From: Candidatus Micrarchaeota archaeon
GTDB taxonomy: Archaea; Micrarchaeota; Micrarchaeia; Micrarchaeales; CABMGC01
DNA length: 64,000 nt
NCBI GenBank assembly: GCA_046536795.1
Contig: JAWDMB010000001.1
Location: 10,449-74,448 of the forward strand
Direction of reading: 5' to 3'
The notes under the pieces: model-generated
The model's input: only the letters and a program-made list of their open reading frames with translations
Databases searched by the model: none
Told to the model about the DNA's origin: nothing
Program-made: the position numbers and the translations under genes
Shown here: one piece after another, positions 37,385 to 45,959 of the stretch
How the letters are laid out: each line of letters begins with the position of its first letter
How positions within the stretch are numbered: the first letter of the stretch is position 1

Positions 37385-37792
37385 ATGATAACAGGAATAA
37401 ATATAGACAAAGTAGAAGCATCAAGGCTCTCTAAAGACATGATAACAAACATGAAGTTCAATATAAACTTCGATGACGTTAAGATAGACAACGATAATGT
37501 TGAAGTTGCGTTTACGTTTGTGACCTCATACGAGGGTGGCAATGAAAGCTCTCCAAAGAACGTTGGAGAGATAAGAATAAAAGGTAGTGTAATCTCAAAA
37601 GAAGACAAGAAGAGTATAGAAGAGATAGCAGATGCCTGGAAGAATAAGAAAACACTTCCACTCAACTTTGCAGAAAACATAATAAATCTATTAAACTTTG
37701 AGTGCGGAGCAAGAGGAACACTACTTGCTTATTCAATAGGCTTCGTTGCTCCTCTCCCATTGACAAGGGCGAAGCTTCAAGAATCAAAGTAA
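37385..37792 (+). CDS. hypothetical protein with a SecB-like sequence pattern
   Basis: From ATG 37385 (MITGINIDK): VEVAFTFV...GEIRIKGSV...LPLNFAENIINLL...GTLLAYSIGFVAPLPLTRAKL resembles SecB (beta-sheet followed by ..P.ILFPYAR..I......G..PL.L.P.NF). The upstream part of the track ORF (37247) overlaps the preceding ORF and is probably not coding. Confidence 0.4.
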   Translation: MITGINIDKVEASRLSKDMITNMKFNINFDDVKIDNDNVEVAFTFVTSYEGGNESSPKNVGEIRIKGSVISKEDKKSIEEIADAWKNKKTLPLNFAENIINLLNFECGARGTLLAYSIGFVAPLPLTRAKLQESK

Positions 37793-37843
37793 ATAGAGCC
37801 TTTTGACATCTCTTTTTATTTTTTTAAGCTTAAAGATTAGATT

Positions 37844-40225
37844 ATGGAACTTGAGGGCATAATATTAGATATAGATTATATTATCCTTGGCGAACGGGGC
37901 ATTATTAGATTTGCCCTCAAAACCAACGAAAAAGTATACGAGCTTATTGATAAGAGTTTTTATCCCTATTTTTACCTCATTCCTATAAATGATAGAATAA
38001 GCAAGGAAATGCTTGCTAACTTTGAAATTCCCGAAGCTAAGGTAAGGCAAGTAGAAGAAAAAAAGGCCTACCTTCTTGGAAAAGAGGTTAGGGTTTTCCA
38101 GATATTTACAGACAACCCAAGAAACATACCTGCTCTAAGCGAAGCTATGAGAGAATTTGGTGAGCGCTACGAGCACGATATAGTATTTTGGAAGAGATAT
38201 ATTATAGATAAAGATATTTCTCCTTTAAAAGGTGTAAAGGTAATTGCACATGAAGAAGATGGAAAGCTTGTTGTTGATAATATAGAAAGCGCTAGCCTGA
38301 ATGAAATCGCATTGAGCCACATCTCTTTTGATATAGAAACATATAATCCGAAAGGTGTACCAAGGCCACAGAAGGATCCGGTAATAATGATAAGCTATAC
38401 CAATGGCAGTGATAGCAAGGTTCTTACAACAAAAAAGGTTGAGAAAGATTTTGTACTTGTATTTGAGAACGAAAAGTCGCTTATTCAAGGCTTTTCAAAT
38501 ATAATTAGTGAGCTTGATCCAGATATAATTGCTGGCTATAATTCGTCAAATTTTGACTTGCCTTATCTTCTTGCAAGAAGCAAAGCTACTAAGGCAAGCT
38601 TTTCTATAGGCAGACTTTCAGGCGATGTTAAAAAAGAGCACCATGGTTTGATAGAAGCGGTGCATATTCCTGGAAGAGTGAACTTAGATATTTACAATGT
38701 TGCAAAGTTTGTTTCTGTTGTGGGCGCTGCTGAGAAACTTATTAAGGTTAACAACTTCAAGCTTGATGAGATTTACACCGCTGTGACAGGGAAAAAGAAG
38801 AAGATGGTTGAAAGAAGTGATATTTGGCGCCTTTGGGATAGCAATGAACTTGACGAGCTCGCAGAGTATTCGCTTGGCGATTCGCTTGTGCTTGATGAAC
38901 TTTATAATTTCTTTATTCCGCTTGAGCTTGAGGTAGCAAAAGTTAGCGGGACAACTCTTGGCGAAGCCGCAATTTCGACAACAGGCCAGCTCGTTGAATG
39001 GCTTCTTATGAGAGAAGCACATAAGAATAATCAGATAATACCAAATAAGCCTAGCGATGAAGAGATAGAAAGAAGGCTTGCAAATCCGGTAGAAGGAGCA
39101 TATGTTAAAACGCCAGAGGCAGGCATATACAAGAATATTGCTGTGCTTGACTTTAGAGGACTGTACCCTTCAATAATAGTTGCACATAATATAGACCCTT
39201 CCACCATATGCAATGATTGCACGGATTATTATGAATCACCAATAGGGGTTAGATTTAGAAAGGAGCCTATTGGAATAGCACCTAAACTTCTCAAATCATT
39301 GATAGAAGAGAGGGTAGAGGTTAAGAAAGCTTATAAGAAAGACCCTGACAACAAGGCGCTCGGCGCCAGGAACATGGCTCTTAAGATTCTGGCAAATTCA
39401 TTCTATGGCTATTTAGGCTATGCAAGGTCGAGATGGTATTCTAGGGAGTGCGCTGGAAGTGTAACAGCTTATGGCAGGCAGTATATAATGAATGTTATAA
39501 AGGAAGCGGAGAAGAGTGGCTTTAAATCAATTTATACAGATACAGATAGCGTATTCTTGCTGCTTGAAGGAAAGAGCAAGGATGATGTCTTTGCTTTTCT
39601 AAAGAAGATAAATTCCATGCTGCCGAGCGGCATGGAACTTGAGCTAGAAGACTTCTATACAAGCGGCGTTTTTGTGGGCAAAAGAAGTGGAGATGTTGGT
39701 GCAAAGAAAAAGTATGCACTCCTTTCAGAGAACGGAAGAATTAAGATAAGAGGATTTGAACTTGTTAGAAGAGACTGGGCAGAAATAGCGAGGGATACAC
39801 AAAGGAAGGTATTAGAGCTTATACTAAAAGGAGGGAGCAAAGAAAAGGTAATAGAAACAGTAAGAGAGGTAATAGAAAAACTCAGAAGCGGAAATGTACC
39901 AATAAAGGAGCTTGTAATACACACACAATTAAGAAAAAGTATAAGAAGCTATGATGTAACATCACCAGAGCTTGCTGCAGCAAAAAAAGCAATAGAACGT
40001 GGGCAAAAGAAGGTAGATGAACTAGAGGGCACAACTATAGGCTATGTAATAACAAAGCACGGCAATTCGATATCTGAGAAGGCAGAGCTCGAGGAATTTG
40101 CAAAGGATTATGACCCAGATTATTATATAGAGCACCAGGTAATACCAGCGACGCTTAAGATCTTAAAGGAGCTTGGCTATAGTGCTGATGAGCTCAACGG
40201 AAAAGGTGTACAAAAGAGGTTGTGA
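37844..40225 (+). CDS. polB: family B DNA polymerase
   Basis: Exo I SFDIETYN, Exo II YNSSNFDLPYL, Exo III YSLGDSLVL, motif A LDFRGLYPSIIVAHNI, motif B KILANSFYGYLGY, motif C IYTDTDSVF. No intein. Confidence 0.95.
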   Translation: MELEGIILDIDYIILGERGIIRFALKTNEKVYELIDKSFYPYFYLIPINDRISKEMLANFEIPEAKVRQVEEKKAYLLGKEVRVFQIFTDNPRNIPALSEAMREFGERYEHDIVFWKRYIIDKDISPLKGVKVIAHEEDGKLVVDNIESASLNEIALSHISFDIETYNPKGVPRPQKDPVIMISYTNGSDSKVLTTKKVEKDFVLVFENEKSLIQGFSNIISELDPDIIAGYNSSNFDLPYLLARSKATKASFSIGRLSGDVKKEHHGLIEAVHIPGRVNLDIYNVAKFVSVVGAAEKLIKVNNFKLDEIYTAVTGKKKKMVERSDIWRLWDSNELDELAEYSLGDSLVLDELYNFFIPLELEVAKVSGTTLGEAAISTTGQLVEWLLMREAHKNNQIIPNKPSDEEIERRLANPVEGAYVKTPEAGIYKNIAVLDFRGLYPSIIVAHNIDPSTICNDCTDYYESPIGVRFRKEPIGIAPKLLKSLIEERVEVKKAYKKDPDNKALGARNMALKILANSFYGYLGYARSRWYSRECAGSVTAYGRQYIMNVIKEAEKSGFKSIYTDTDSVFLLLEGKSKDDVFAFLKKINSMLPSGMELELEDFYTSGVFVGKRSGDVGAKKKYALLSENGRIKIRGFELVRRDWAEIARDTQRKVLELILKGGSKEKVIETVREVIEKLRSGNVPIKELVIHTQLRKSIRSYDVTSPELAAAKKAIERGQKKVDELEGTTIGYVITKHGNSISEKAELEEFAKDYDPDYYIEHQVIPATLKILKELGYSADELNGKGVQKRL

Positions 40226-40229
40226 TTTT

Positions 40230-41114
40230 ATGGATGAGATAGATTACAAAGGCTATGAAGAAGTTGGAAAAGCTACAAGGTCTGCGCTAGAGTATGGAAA
40301 GGGCTTAATAAAGGAAGGTGCTAGGCTTGTTGAGGTAGCAGAAAAGATAGAAAAATATCTAAATGAAAAAGGATTTGATTTCGCTTTTCCTGTAAATATA
40401 TCGCTAGATGATGAGGCTGCGCATTATACACCTATGAAAGATGATGCAAAGGTGTTTGGCAAGAATGTTGTTAAGCTGGATCTTGGAGCAAGAAAGGATG
40501 CTTACCTAGGCGACTCTGCATTAACTATAGATCTTTCTGGTGAGTATGGTGCATTAGTAGAAAGCAGTGAAGAAGCAGCTAAAGAGGCTATAAGCCTTGT
40601 AAAAGCAGGCTTAAGTGTTAGTGAGATAGGCAAAGCTGTAGAAGAATTGGTTAGAAAAAAGGGCTTTAACCCTATTAGAAATCTAGGAGGCCACGGTATA
40701 ACCAAAGAGGAGCTTCATGCAAACATTTTTATTCCAAACTTCAACAATGGCGATAAAACAAAACTAGAAGAGGGTGATGTTATAGCTATAGAGGTCTTTG
40801 TAACCACAGGCGAGGGCTATGTCAAGGATGGCGATTATGTACAAATATTCAAAAAATTCCCCGGCATGCCAAGAAGCCCTATTGCCAGAGATGTTGCCTC
40901 TTTTATCGATTCAAATTATAAGACTTACCCTTTTGCAATGAGGTGGCTTCTAAGCAAATTTGACGAGTTTAAGGTAAAGGCTTCACTTAATGAGCTTGCA
41001 AGGCTAAATCTGCTTGAAGCTTATCCTGTACTCGTTGAAAGGAGCAAAGGGATTGTTGCACAAACAGAGTATGAGATGATTGTTGAAAAGGATTCATGCA
41101 AACTTATAACATAA
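40230..41114 (+). CDS. map: methionine aminopeptidase, type 2 (archaeal)
   Basis: From MDEIDYKGYEEVGK: FAFPVNISLDDEAAHYTP, DLGA..DAYLGDSA, GHGI, VIAIEVF, VAQTEYEMIV. The track ORF start at 40173 overlaps polB. Confidence 0.85.
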   Translation: MDEIDYKGYEEVGKATRSALEYGKGLIKEGARLVEVAEKIEKYLNEKGFDFAFPVNISLDDEAAHYTPMKDDAKVFGKNVVKLDLGARKDAYLGDSALTIDLSGEYGALVESSEEAAKEAISLVKAGLSVSEIGKAVEELVRKKGFNPIRNLGGHGITKEELHANIFIPNFNNGDKTKLEEGDVIAIEVFVTTGEGYVKDGDYVQIFKKFPGMPRSPIARDVASFIDSNYKTYPFAMRWLLSKFDEFKVKASLNELARLNLLEAYPVLVERSKGIVAQTEYEMIVEKDSCKLIT

Positions 41115-41624
41115 TTATTTTGTAAAGAATTTCCCAAGGATCTCTTTTTTACCCTCTTTTGTATATTGAGAAGCCATTCCAAGATAATAGTAGATTAGCA
41201 GGATATTGACAATAATAAAAGCGAGCAAAATAAATGCGTTATATGATGCCAAAAAAGTATACAAATATGAAGCCTCTACCGTATTTAAGCCGATAAAATA
41301 AAGCAGGGTTATAAGCAATGGGGCTTGGCAACCACATGAGACAAAAAAGCTGCCAAGAAGGCTTGCAACAACAGAATATACGCCGCCAGCGTACCCACTT
41401 GGCTTTGATGCACTTTTTATAATAAATGTTGCTATAACAAGCAAAACAGATGATGAGAGTATTAGCAAACTAATTAGCACTTCTGATACCCTGCTCAATA
41501 TTATAAATTTGTTTGTGCTCATTATCGCTAAGTATATTAGAGTGTATATAAAAGAGCTTAAAACAAATTCAAGAAGATAAAGTTTCTTTGCAAATATATA
41601 TTTGAATGTTTTTGCTTTAGCCAT
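41115..41624 (-). CDS. 4-TM membrane protein with intramembrane CGC motif
   Basis: Hydrophobic helices; FFVSCGCQAPLLITLL. Lies 5 nt downstream of the DUF929-like gene on the same strand. Confidence 0.5.
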   Translation of the reverse strand: MAKAKTFKYIFAKKLYLLEFVLSSFIYTLIYLAIMSTNKFIILSRVSEVLISLLILSSSVLLVIATFIIKSASKPSGYAGGVYSVVASLLGSFFVSCGCQAPLLITLLYFIGLNTVEASYLYTFLASYNAFILLAFIIVNILLIYYYLGMASQYTKEGKKEILGKFFTK

Positions 41625-41629
41625 ATTTT

Positions 41630-42766
41630 TTAACTGTTATAGCCGTATACGCTTTCAATTTTCTGTATCGCTGGCAGAGCGCATATAGGTGCTGTATTAT
41701 TTATTGAAGCACATGTCATTGCTATGTAAAGGTCTGCCGCGGCATATTCACGCCATGCAAACATATCGTTTGGATGTGCTAGCTGTGAAAGAACCTGCTC
41801 GTGAGTCATATACTCTAGGGGTATTGGAGGCTGCGAAGGATTTACATTGCCAAGGTCAACAGCGTCAGCACCAGGAACTACGAACCTACCCCATATTGTA
41901 TATGGCGTACCTTGGAAGTTGTTGAGTTTGGATATCAATTGAAGAGCAGCAACATAAGGTGCGCTGCCTGTAGACTCAGCCTGTTGTATGAAATAAGAGA
42001 GTGGCTGTATCTCAAATCCCTGCCTTATAGGCGAAGCATAATCTATTGAAATAAAATTGATATAGCTGCTGTTATAGAAATCGCCGAAGTCTACGGCGCT
42101 ACTTGCATTATATTCTGCGGGCGCCCAATAAAGAGTAGGCAAATCATAATCGCCAAATGAGCTGTAGCCCTTAAACAGTGCATTGAACTTTCCAAACCTT
42201 CCAAGGGCAAGAGCCATAGCCCACTTGTTTTCACTACAGAAGAGGCAAGAGATGGCGCCAAGATATATTACCGATGGCTTGCCATTGACTATTAGAAGCG
42301 GGGCCTTCTGAGGTTGAACACCGACCGCATCTATAGAACCATTTAATAGCATTAAGCCTGCCTGCTCAAAATACGAATCGGATGCATTATTTATGATAGC
42401 AAGCTCGCTTGCATTTAGAGGCTCATTTATGTTTGTAAGCCTTGACCCAAAGCTTTGGTTTTGTGTTATTATAGGAGCATCTGGAAGAGACATGCTAGGT
42501 GTTATCAGCGAGCCATTTACAAATATCGCTTTTGAAAATGAAGCATTTGAAATTGTTGTTACAGGAGCAACAGAAGTAACGCTTGTAGGCACACTAGTCT
42601 TTGGCAAAGATACTATTGCTAATATGCCGACTATTATTGCTAATATTCCTATAACCAATGCAGACCACGATACTATCTTCAGCGATTTGACTACATCTTC
42701 TATCTTCTTTTCTTCTTTTTTCTCTTCTTTTATCTCTTTTTCCAAATTTTCTTTTGAATCCACCAT
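41630..42766 (-). CDS. DUF929-like membrane-anchored thioredoxin-fold protein
   Basis: K/E-rich N-terminus, one TM anchor, then GAISCLFCSENKWAMALALGRFGKF (CxxC followed by the W..ALsRFG.F pattern typical of DUF929). Confidence 0.6.
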   Translation of the reverse strand: MVDSKENLEKEIKEEKKEEKKIEDVVKSLKIVSWSALVIGILAIIVGILAIVSLPKTSVPTSVTSVAPVTTISNASFSKAIFVNGSLITPSMSLPDAPIITQNQSFGSRLTNINEPLNASELAIINNASDSYFEQAGLMLLNGSIDAVGVQPQKAPLLIVNGKPSVIYLGAISCLFCSENKWAMALALGRFGKFNALFKGYSSFGDYDLPTLYWAPAEYNASSAVDFGDFYNSSYINFISIDYASPIRQGFEIQPLSYFIQQAESTGSAPYVAALQLISKLNNFQGTPYTIWGRFVVPGADAVDLGNVNPSQPPIPLEYMTHEQVLSQLAHPNDMFAWREYAAADLYIAMTCASINNTAPICALPAIQKIESVYGYNS

Positions 42767-42955
42767 TTAAACCACAACCTCAGCAAAAGATAACTAGATC
42801 TTTTTTTATTCTCAGATTTAAATACTTTTGCTTTAAAATTTGAATTTGAAAAAGATAAAAATAAATTTTATCAGTACCAATGCAGCAAGAATTTGCGAAG
42901 CTTTATAGTTTATTTATTCTTACATTATCATATATAAAACAAATTTGGTAATATC

Positions 42956-43708
42956 ATGTATCAGGTAGCCTATTCCGCAGAAAAAATGAAGCAGACTATT
43001 GCTTATTCTGATGCCCACTGCCATCTAAACTTATTTGCAGATCCAAAAAAGGCTGTGGAGAATGCACTCGCCAATGGCGTAGAGCTTATTGTTACTGCGG
43101 GTGGTGGAAAAGCAGATAATATAGCCATGCTTAACCTCCTAAACGATAATGTTTTTGGAGTTGTTGGAATAGACCCTGAGCATCTTGAAGATTCGCAGGC
43201 TGTTGAAGAGATTAAAGGTATTATTGAAAAAAGTAAAAATATAATAGGTATAGGCGAAATAGGTTTAGATAAAAAGGTTGCAAATAATGAAGAGTATTAT
43301 AAGCGAGAAATTGCTCTTTTTGAAAAACAGCTTGAACTGGCAGAGGAGCTAGATCTGCCTGTGGTAATACACTCTAGAAATGCACTAGATGATGTTCTTA
43401 CATTACTTAATAATTTTAAGCTAAGGACCATGTTCCACTTTTTTGAAGGGGATGAAAAATATGTTGAAAAAATAAAGATGCGCAACTATATTATCTCTAT
43501 ACCACCTGTAGAGACGAGCAAGAGGAATAGGGCGATAAAAGGAACGCCGCTAAGCAATATTGTAATTGAGACAGATGCGCCGATTGTAGGCAAGGATATA
43601 TTAGATGTTATAAAATCTGCATCTATTGTTTCAAAGATAAAGGGAATTAGCATGGAAGAGGTTGCAGAAGCCACTACTGAAAACTTAAGAAATTTTTTCT
43701 ACATATAA
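42956..43708 (+). CDS. tatD: TatD-family metal-dependent hydrolase/DNase
   Basis: SDAHCHLN, IGEIGLDK, PVVIHSR, ETDAP. The start may be the internal Met (MKQTIAY). Confidence 0.85.
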   Translation: MYQVAYSAEKMKQTIAYSDAHCHLNLFADPKKAVENALANGVELIVTAGGGKADNIAMLNLLNDNVFGVVGIDPEHLEDSQAVEEIKGIIEKSKNIIGIGEIGLDKKVANNEEYYKREIALFEKQLELAEELDLPVVIHSRNALDDVLTLLNNFKLRTMFHFFEGDEKYVEKIKMRNYIISIPPVETSKRNRAIKGTPLSNIVIETDAPIVGKDILDVIKSASIVSKIKGISMEEVAEATTENLRNFFYI

Positions 43709-43767
43709 AATCTAGTAACTCAATATCTGCATGTGTTTTTATATATAGTAGTATAATATTTAGTCTA

Positions 43768-43855
43768 GGGCCCGTAGCTCAGCTTGGATAGAGCGGCAGC
43801 CTTCTAAGCTGATGGTCGTGGGTTCAAAATGCTCATGAAAATCCCGCCGGGCCCG
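43768..43855 (+). tRNA. tRNA-Arg (anticodon UCU) with a 13-nt insertion (putative non-canonical intron) in the T-loop
   Basis: Acceptor GGGCCCG/CGGGCCC, D arm GCTC-AGCTTGGATA-GAGC, anticodon arm GCAGC-CTTCTAA-GCTGA (27:43 is G-A), T stem GTGGG/CCCGC enclosing 20 nt, TTCAAAATGCTCATGAAAAT, instead of 7. TTTTT follows the discriminator. Confidence 0.7.
43829..43841 (+). other. putative 13-nt T-loop intron of tRNA-Arg (boundaries ambiguous within 43826-43842)
   Basis: Removing 13 nt restores the T-loop TTCAAAT. The flanking AAAAT direct repeat makes the exact splice points indeterminable by eye. Confidence 0.45.
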
Positions 43856-43862
43856 TTTTTAG

Positions 43863-44141
43863 GTGGTTTCTATGAAAGACCAGAAGAAGTATGAAGCTAC
43901 GATACAACAGATAAAACAACAGATTGACTTATTGCTAAATGACAATAGTGTGCCGAGAAATGTAAAGACTGCACTTGATGAAGCTAAGAGTGCTTTGGAC
44001 AAAGAAGAGGGAAGCTATGCTGTAAAAGCCTCAGCTGCTACATATAAAATAGATGAGGTTAGCAATGATATAAACCTCCCACCGTATGCGAGAACTGTTA
44101 TTTGGAATATACTCAGTCTTCTTGAATCTATAAAAGATTGA
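43863..44141 (+). CDS. UPF0147-family small helical protein
   Basis: DNSVPRNVKTAL.EA...L......AVKASAA.YKIDEVSNDINLPPYARTVIWNILSLLE. GTG start. Confidence 0.6.
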   Translation: MVSMKDQKKYEATIQQIKQQIDLLLNDNSVPRNVKTALDEAKSALDKEEGSYAVKASAATYKIDEVSNDINLPPYARTVIWNILSLLESIKD

Positions 44142-44153
44142 TGCATGGTTTAG

Positions 44154-44408
44154 ATGGAAGGCCTAAAAAGAAGTGTAACCTTCTGGGAGGCACTTTCAAT
44201 AAATATTAGTGCAATAATAGGTGCAGGCATCTTTACTGTAAGTGGAGTAGCTGCTGGGCTTGCCGGGCCCTCTTCAGTATTAGCTGTAATTTTAACATTC
44301 TGGACCCTGATAATAATAACCTTCTACTATGTATTGCTAAGAGCTGAAAGAGAAAGACTTGGAATAAAGAGCGTTTATAAGAAAGGAAAGAAAAAGAGAA
44401 ATTGGTAG
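44154..44408 (+). pseudogene. N-terminal remnant of an APC-family amino-acid permease (or a small 2-TM protein derived from one)
   Basis: LKRSVTFWEALSINISAIIGAGIFTVSGVAAGLAGPSSVLAVIL matches the first two helices of amino-acid/polyamine permeases. The ORF ends after 84 aa in a K-rich tail, and the next gene starts 12 nt later. Confidence 0.45.
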
Positions 44409-44420
44409 CAATTTTCTGCG

Positions 44421-45959
44421 TTGCTTATTTATAATTATTCAGGCAAATTTATATGGGGGACAATGGAAAAGCTTAAGCAACTAGCAAGCAGGCTCACAGG
44501 TAGGGTTATAATAAGCTCAGAGGTAAGAGAAGAGGATTTAGCGGATATTGAAATAGAGCCCCTTATAGGCCATATTATAACCTATTTTGACGGCAAGCCG
44601 ATAGGTATATTGGATAAGGCAACTCTCAAAAAAATAATAGAAGAGATGAATAGTGAGAAGAAACCGGTTGAGATAGAGGTTAACAGGGTTGCTGATTTTA
44701 AACCCAATGCAAAGGAGTTCGATGCGGATATAAAGATTAGGGAAAGCAATATAGAAAAAACGGCAGGAACCACAGATGATTTTGTTGCTTATCTCAATGA
44801 TAGATTCAAGAGAATAAGTGAGATTGTTAATCAAAGCATGCTGAGCATGGCTACCGGTAGGATAAACAGTATAGAAAAGTTAAAGGAGTATGCGAATGGT
44901 AGAGAAGCAACTATAGTGGGTATGGTTTTTGATAAAAGGGTAACAAAGAACGGAAATATACTAGTAAATCTTGAAGATAGTACAGGAATAGCAAAAGTAA
45001 TCTTCACGAACAACGACAGAAACAGCGAGCTTTATAAAAATGCGAAGAAGATTGCAAACGATGATATTATTGCGGTAAAAGGTAAGATATCTGGTGCTTT
45101 TCTCATTGCAAATGCAATACTATGGCCAGATATACCAATCCATAATAGGCATGCTGCAAAAGAGGACCTTGCAGCGGCTTTTATCTCAGATATACATGTT
45201 GGAAGCAAACTCTTCCTTGAGAAAAAATTCAGCCAAATGCTAAGATGGCTTAATGGAGAGGTAGATTATAGAAAGGACCTAGCACAAAAGATTAAATATG
45301 TAATAGTAGCTGGCGATCTTGTAGATGGGATAGGCATATACCCCAATCAAGAGAAAGAGCTCGCCGTAGCTGATATATACAAGCAGTATTCCCTTCTATT
45401 TAACTTCCTTTCATCCATACCAGAGTATATACATGTGTTTGTGCTTGCTGGCAACCATGATGCTGTTCAAAGCACAGAACCTCAGCCAAGGCTCACAAAA
45501 GAGCTTATAAGCGATTTCAAATTTGATAATATGCATCTAGTTACAAACCCTTCTTATATAAAGATACACGGCGTTAATGTGCTTGCTTACCACGGCACAT
45601 CCCTTGACTCAGTTATACAGGCAATCCCTGGCTGTAGCTATGCAAAGCCTGAAACAGCGATGGTTGAGATCTTAAGGAGAAGGCATCTCTCACCAATTTA
45701 TGGTGGCAACAAAGTATTGCCAACAAGAAGGGATTATCTTGTAATAGATGAGGTTCCGGATATCTTGCATATGGGCCATATACATAAAAATGGATCAACA
45801 GAGTATCACGGGACCCTAGTAATAAACAGTGGTACATGGCAAAGCAGGACAACATTCCAGATAAAGCAAGGTCACATACCTTCACCAGCAATACTTCCGG
45901 TATACGAGCTTAAGAGTATGAATCTATCATATGTAGACTTCAATACGCTGGGTGAGTAG
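44421..45959 (+). CDS. dp1: DNA polymerase D small subunit (DP1, Mre11-like phosphoesterase exonuclease)
   Basis: OB-fold region, then AAFISDIHVGS, VAGDLVDGIGIYP, LAGNHDA, GHIHKNG. The true start may be ATG 44463 (MEKLKQL). Confidence 0.9.
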   Translation: MLIYNYSGKFIWGTMEKLKQLASRLTGRVIISSEVREEDLADIEIEPLIGHIITYFDGKPIGILDKATLKKIIEEMNSEKKPVEIEVNRVADFKPNAKEFDADIKIRESNIEKTAGTTDDFVAYLNDRFKRISEIVNQSMLSMATGRINSIEKLKEYANGREATIVGMVFDKRVTKNGNILVNLEDSTGIAKVIFTNNDRNSELYKNAKKIANDDIIAVKGKISGAFLIANAILWPDIPIHNRHAAKEDLAAAFISDIHVGSKLFLEKKFSQMLRWLNGEVDYRKDLAQKIKYVIVAGDLVDGIGIYPNQEKELAVADIYKQYSLLFNFLSSIPEYIHVFVLAGNHDAVQSTEPQPRLTKELISDFKFDNMHLVTNPSYIKIHGVNVLAYHGTSLDSVIQAIPGCSYAKPETAMVEILRRRHLSPIYGGNKVLPTRRDYLVIDEVPDILHMGHIHKNGSTEYHGTLVINSGTWQSRTTFQIKQGHIPSPAILPVYELKSMNLSYVDFNTLGE

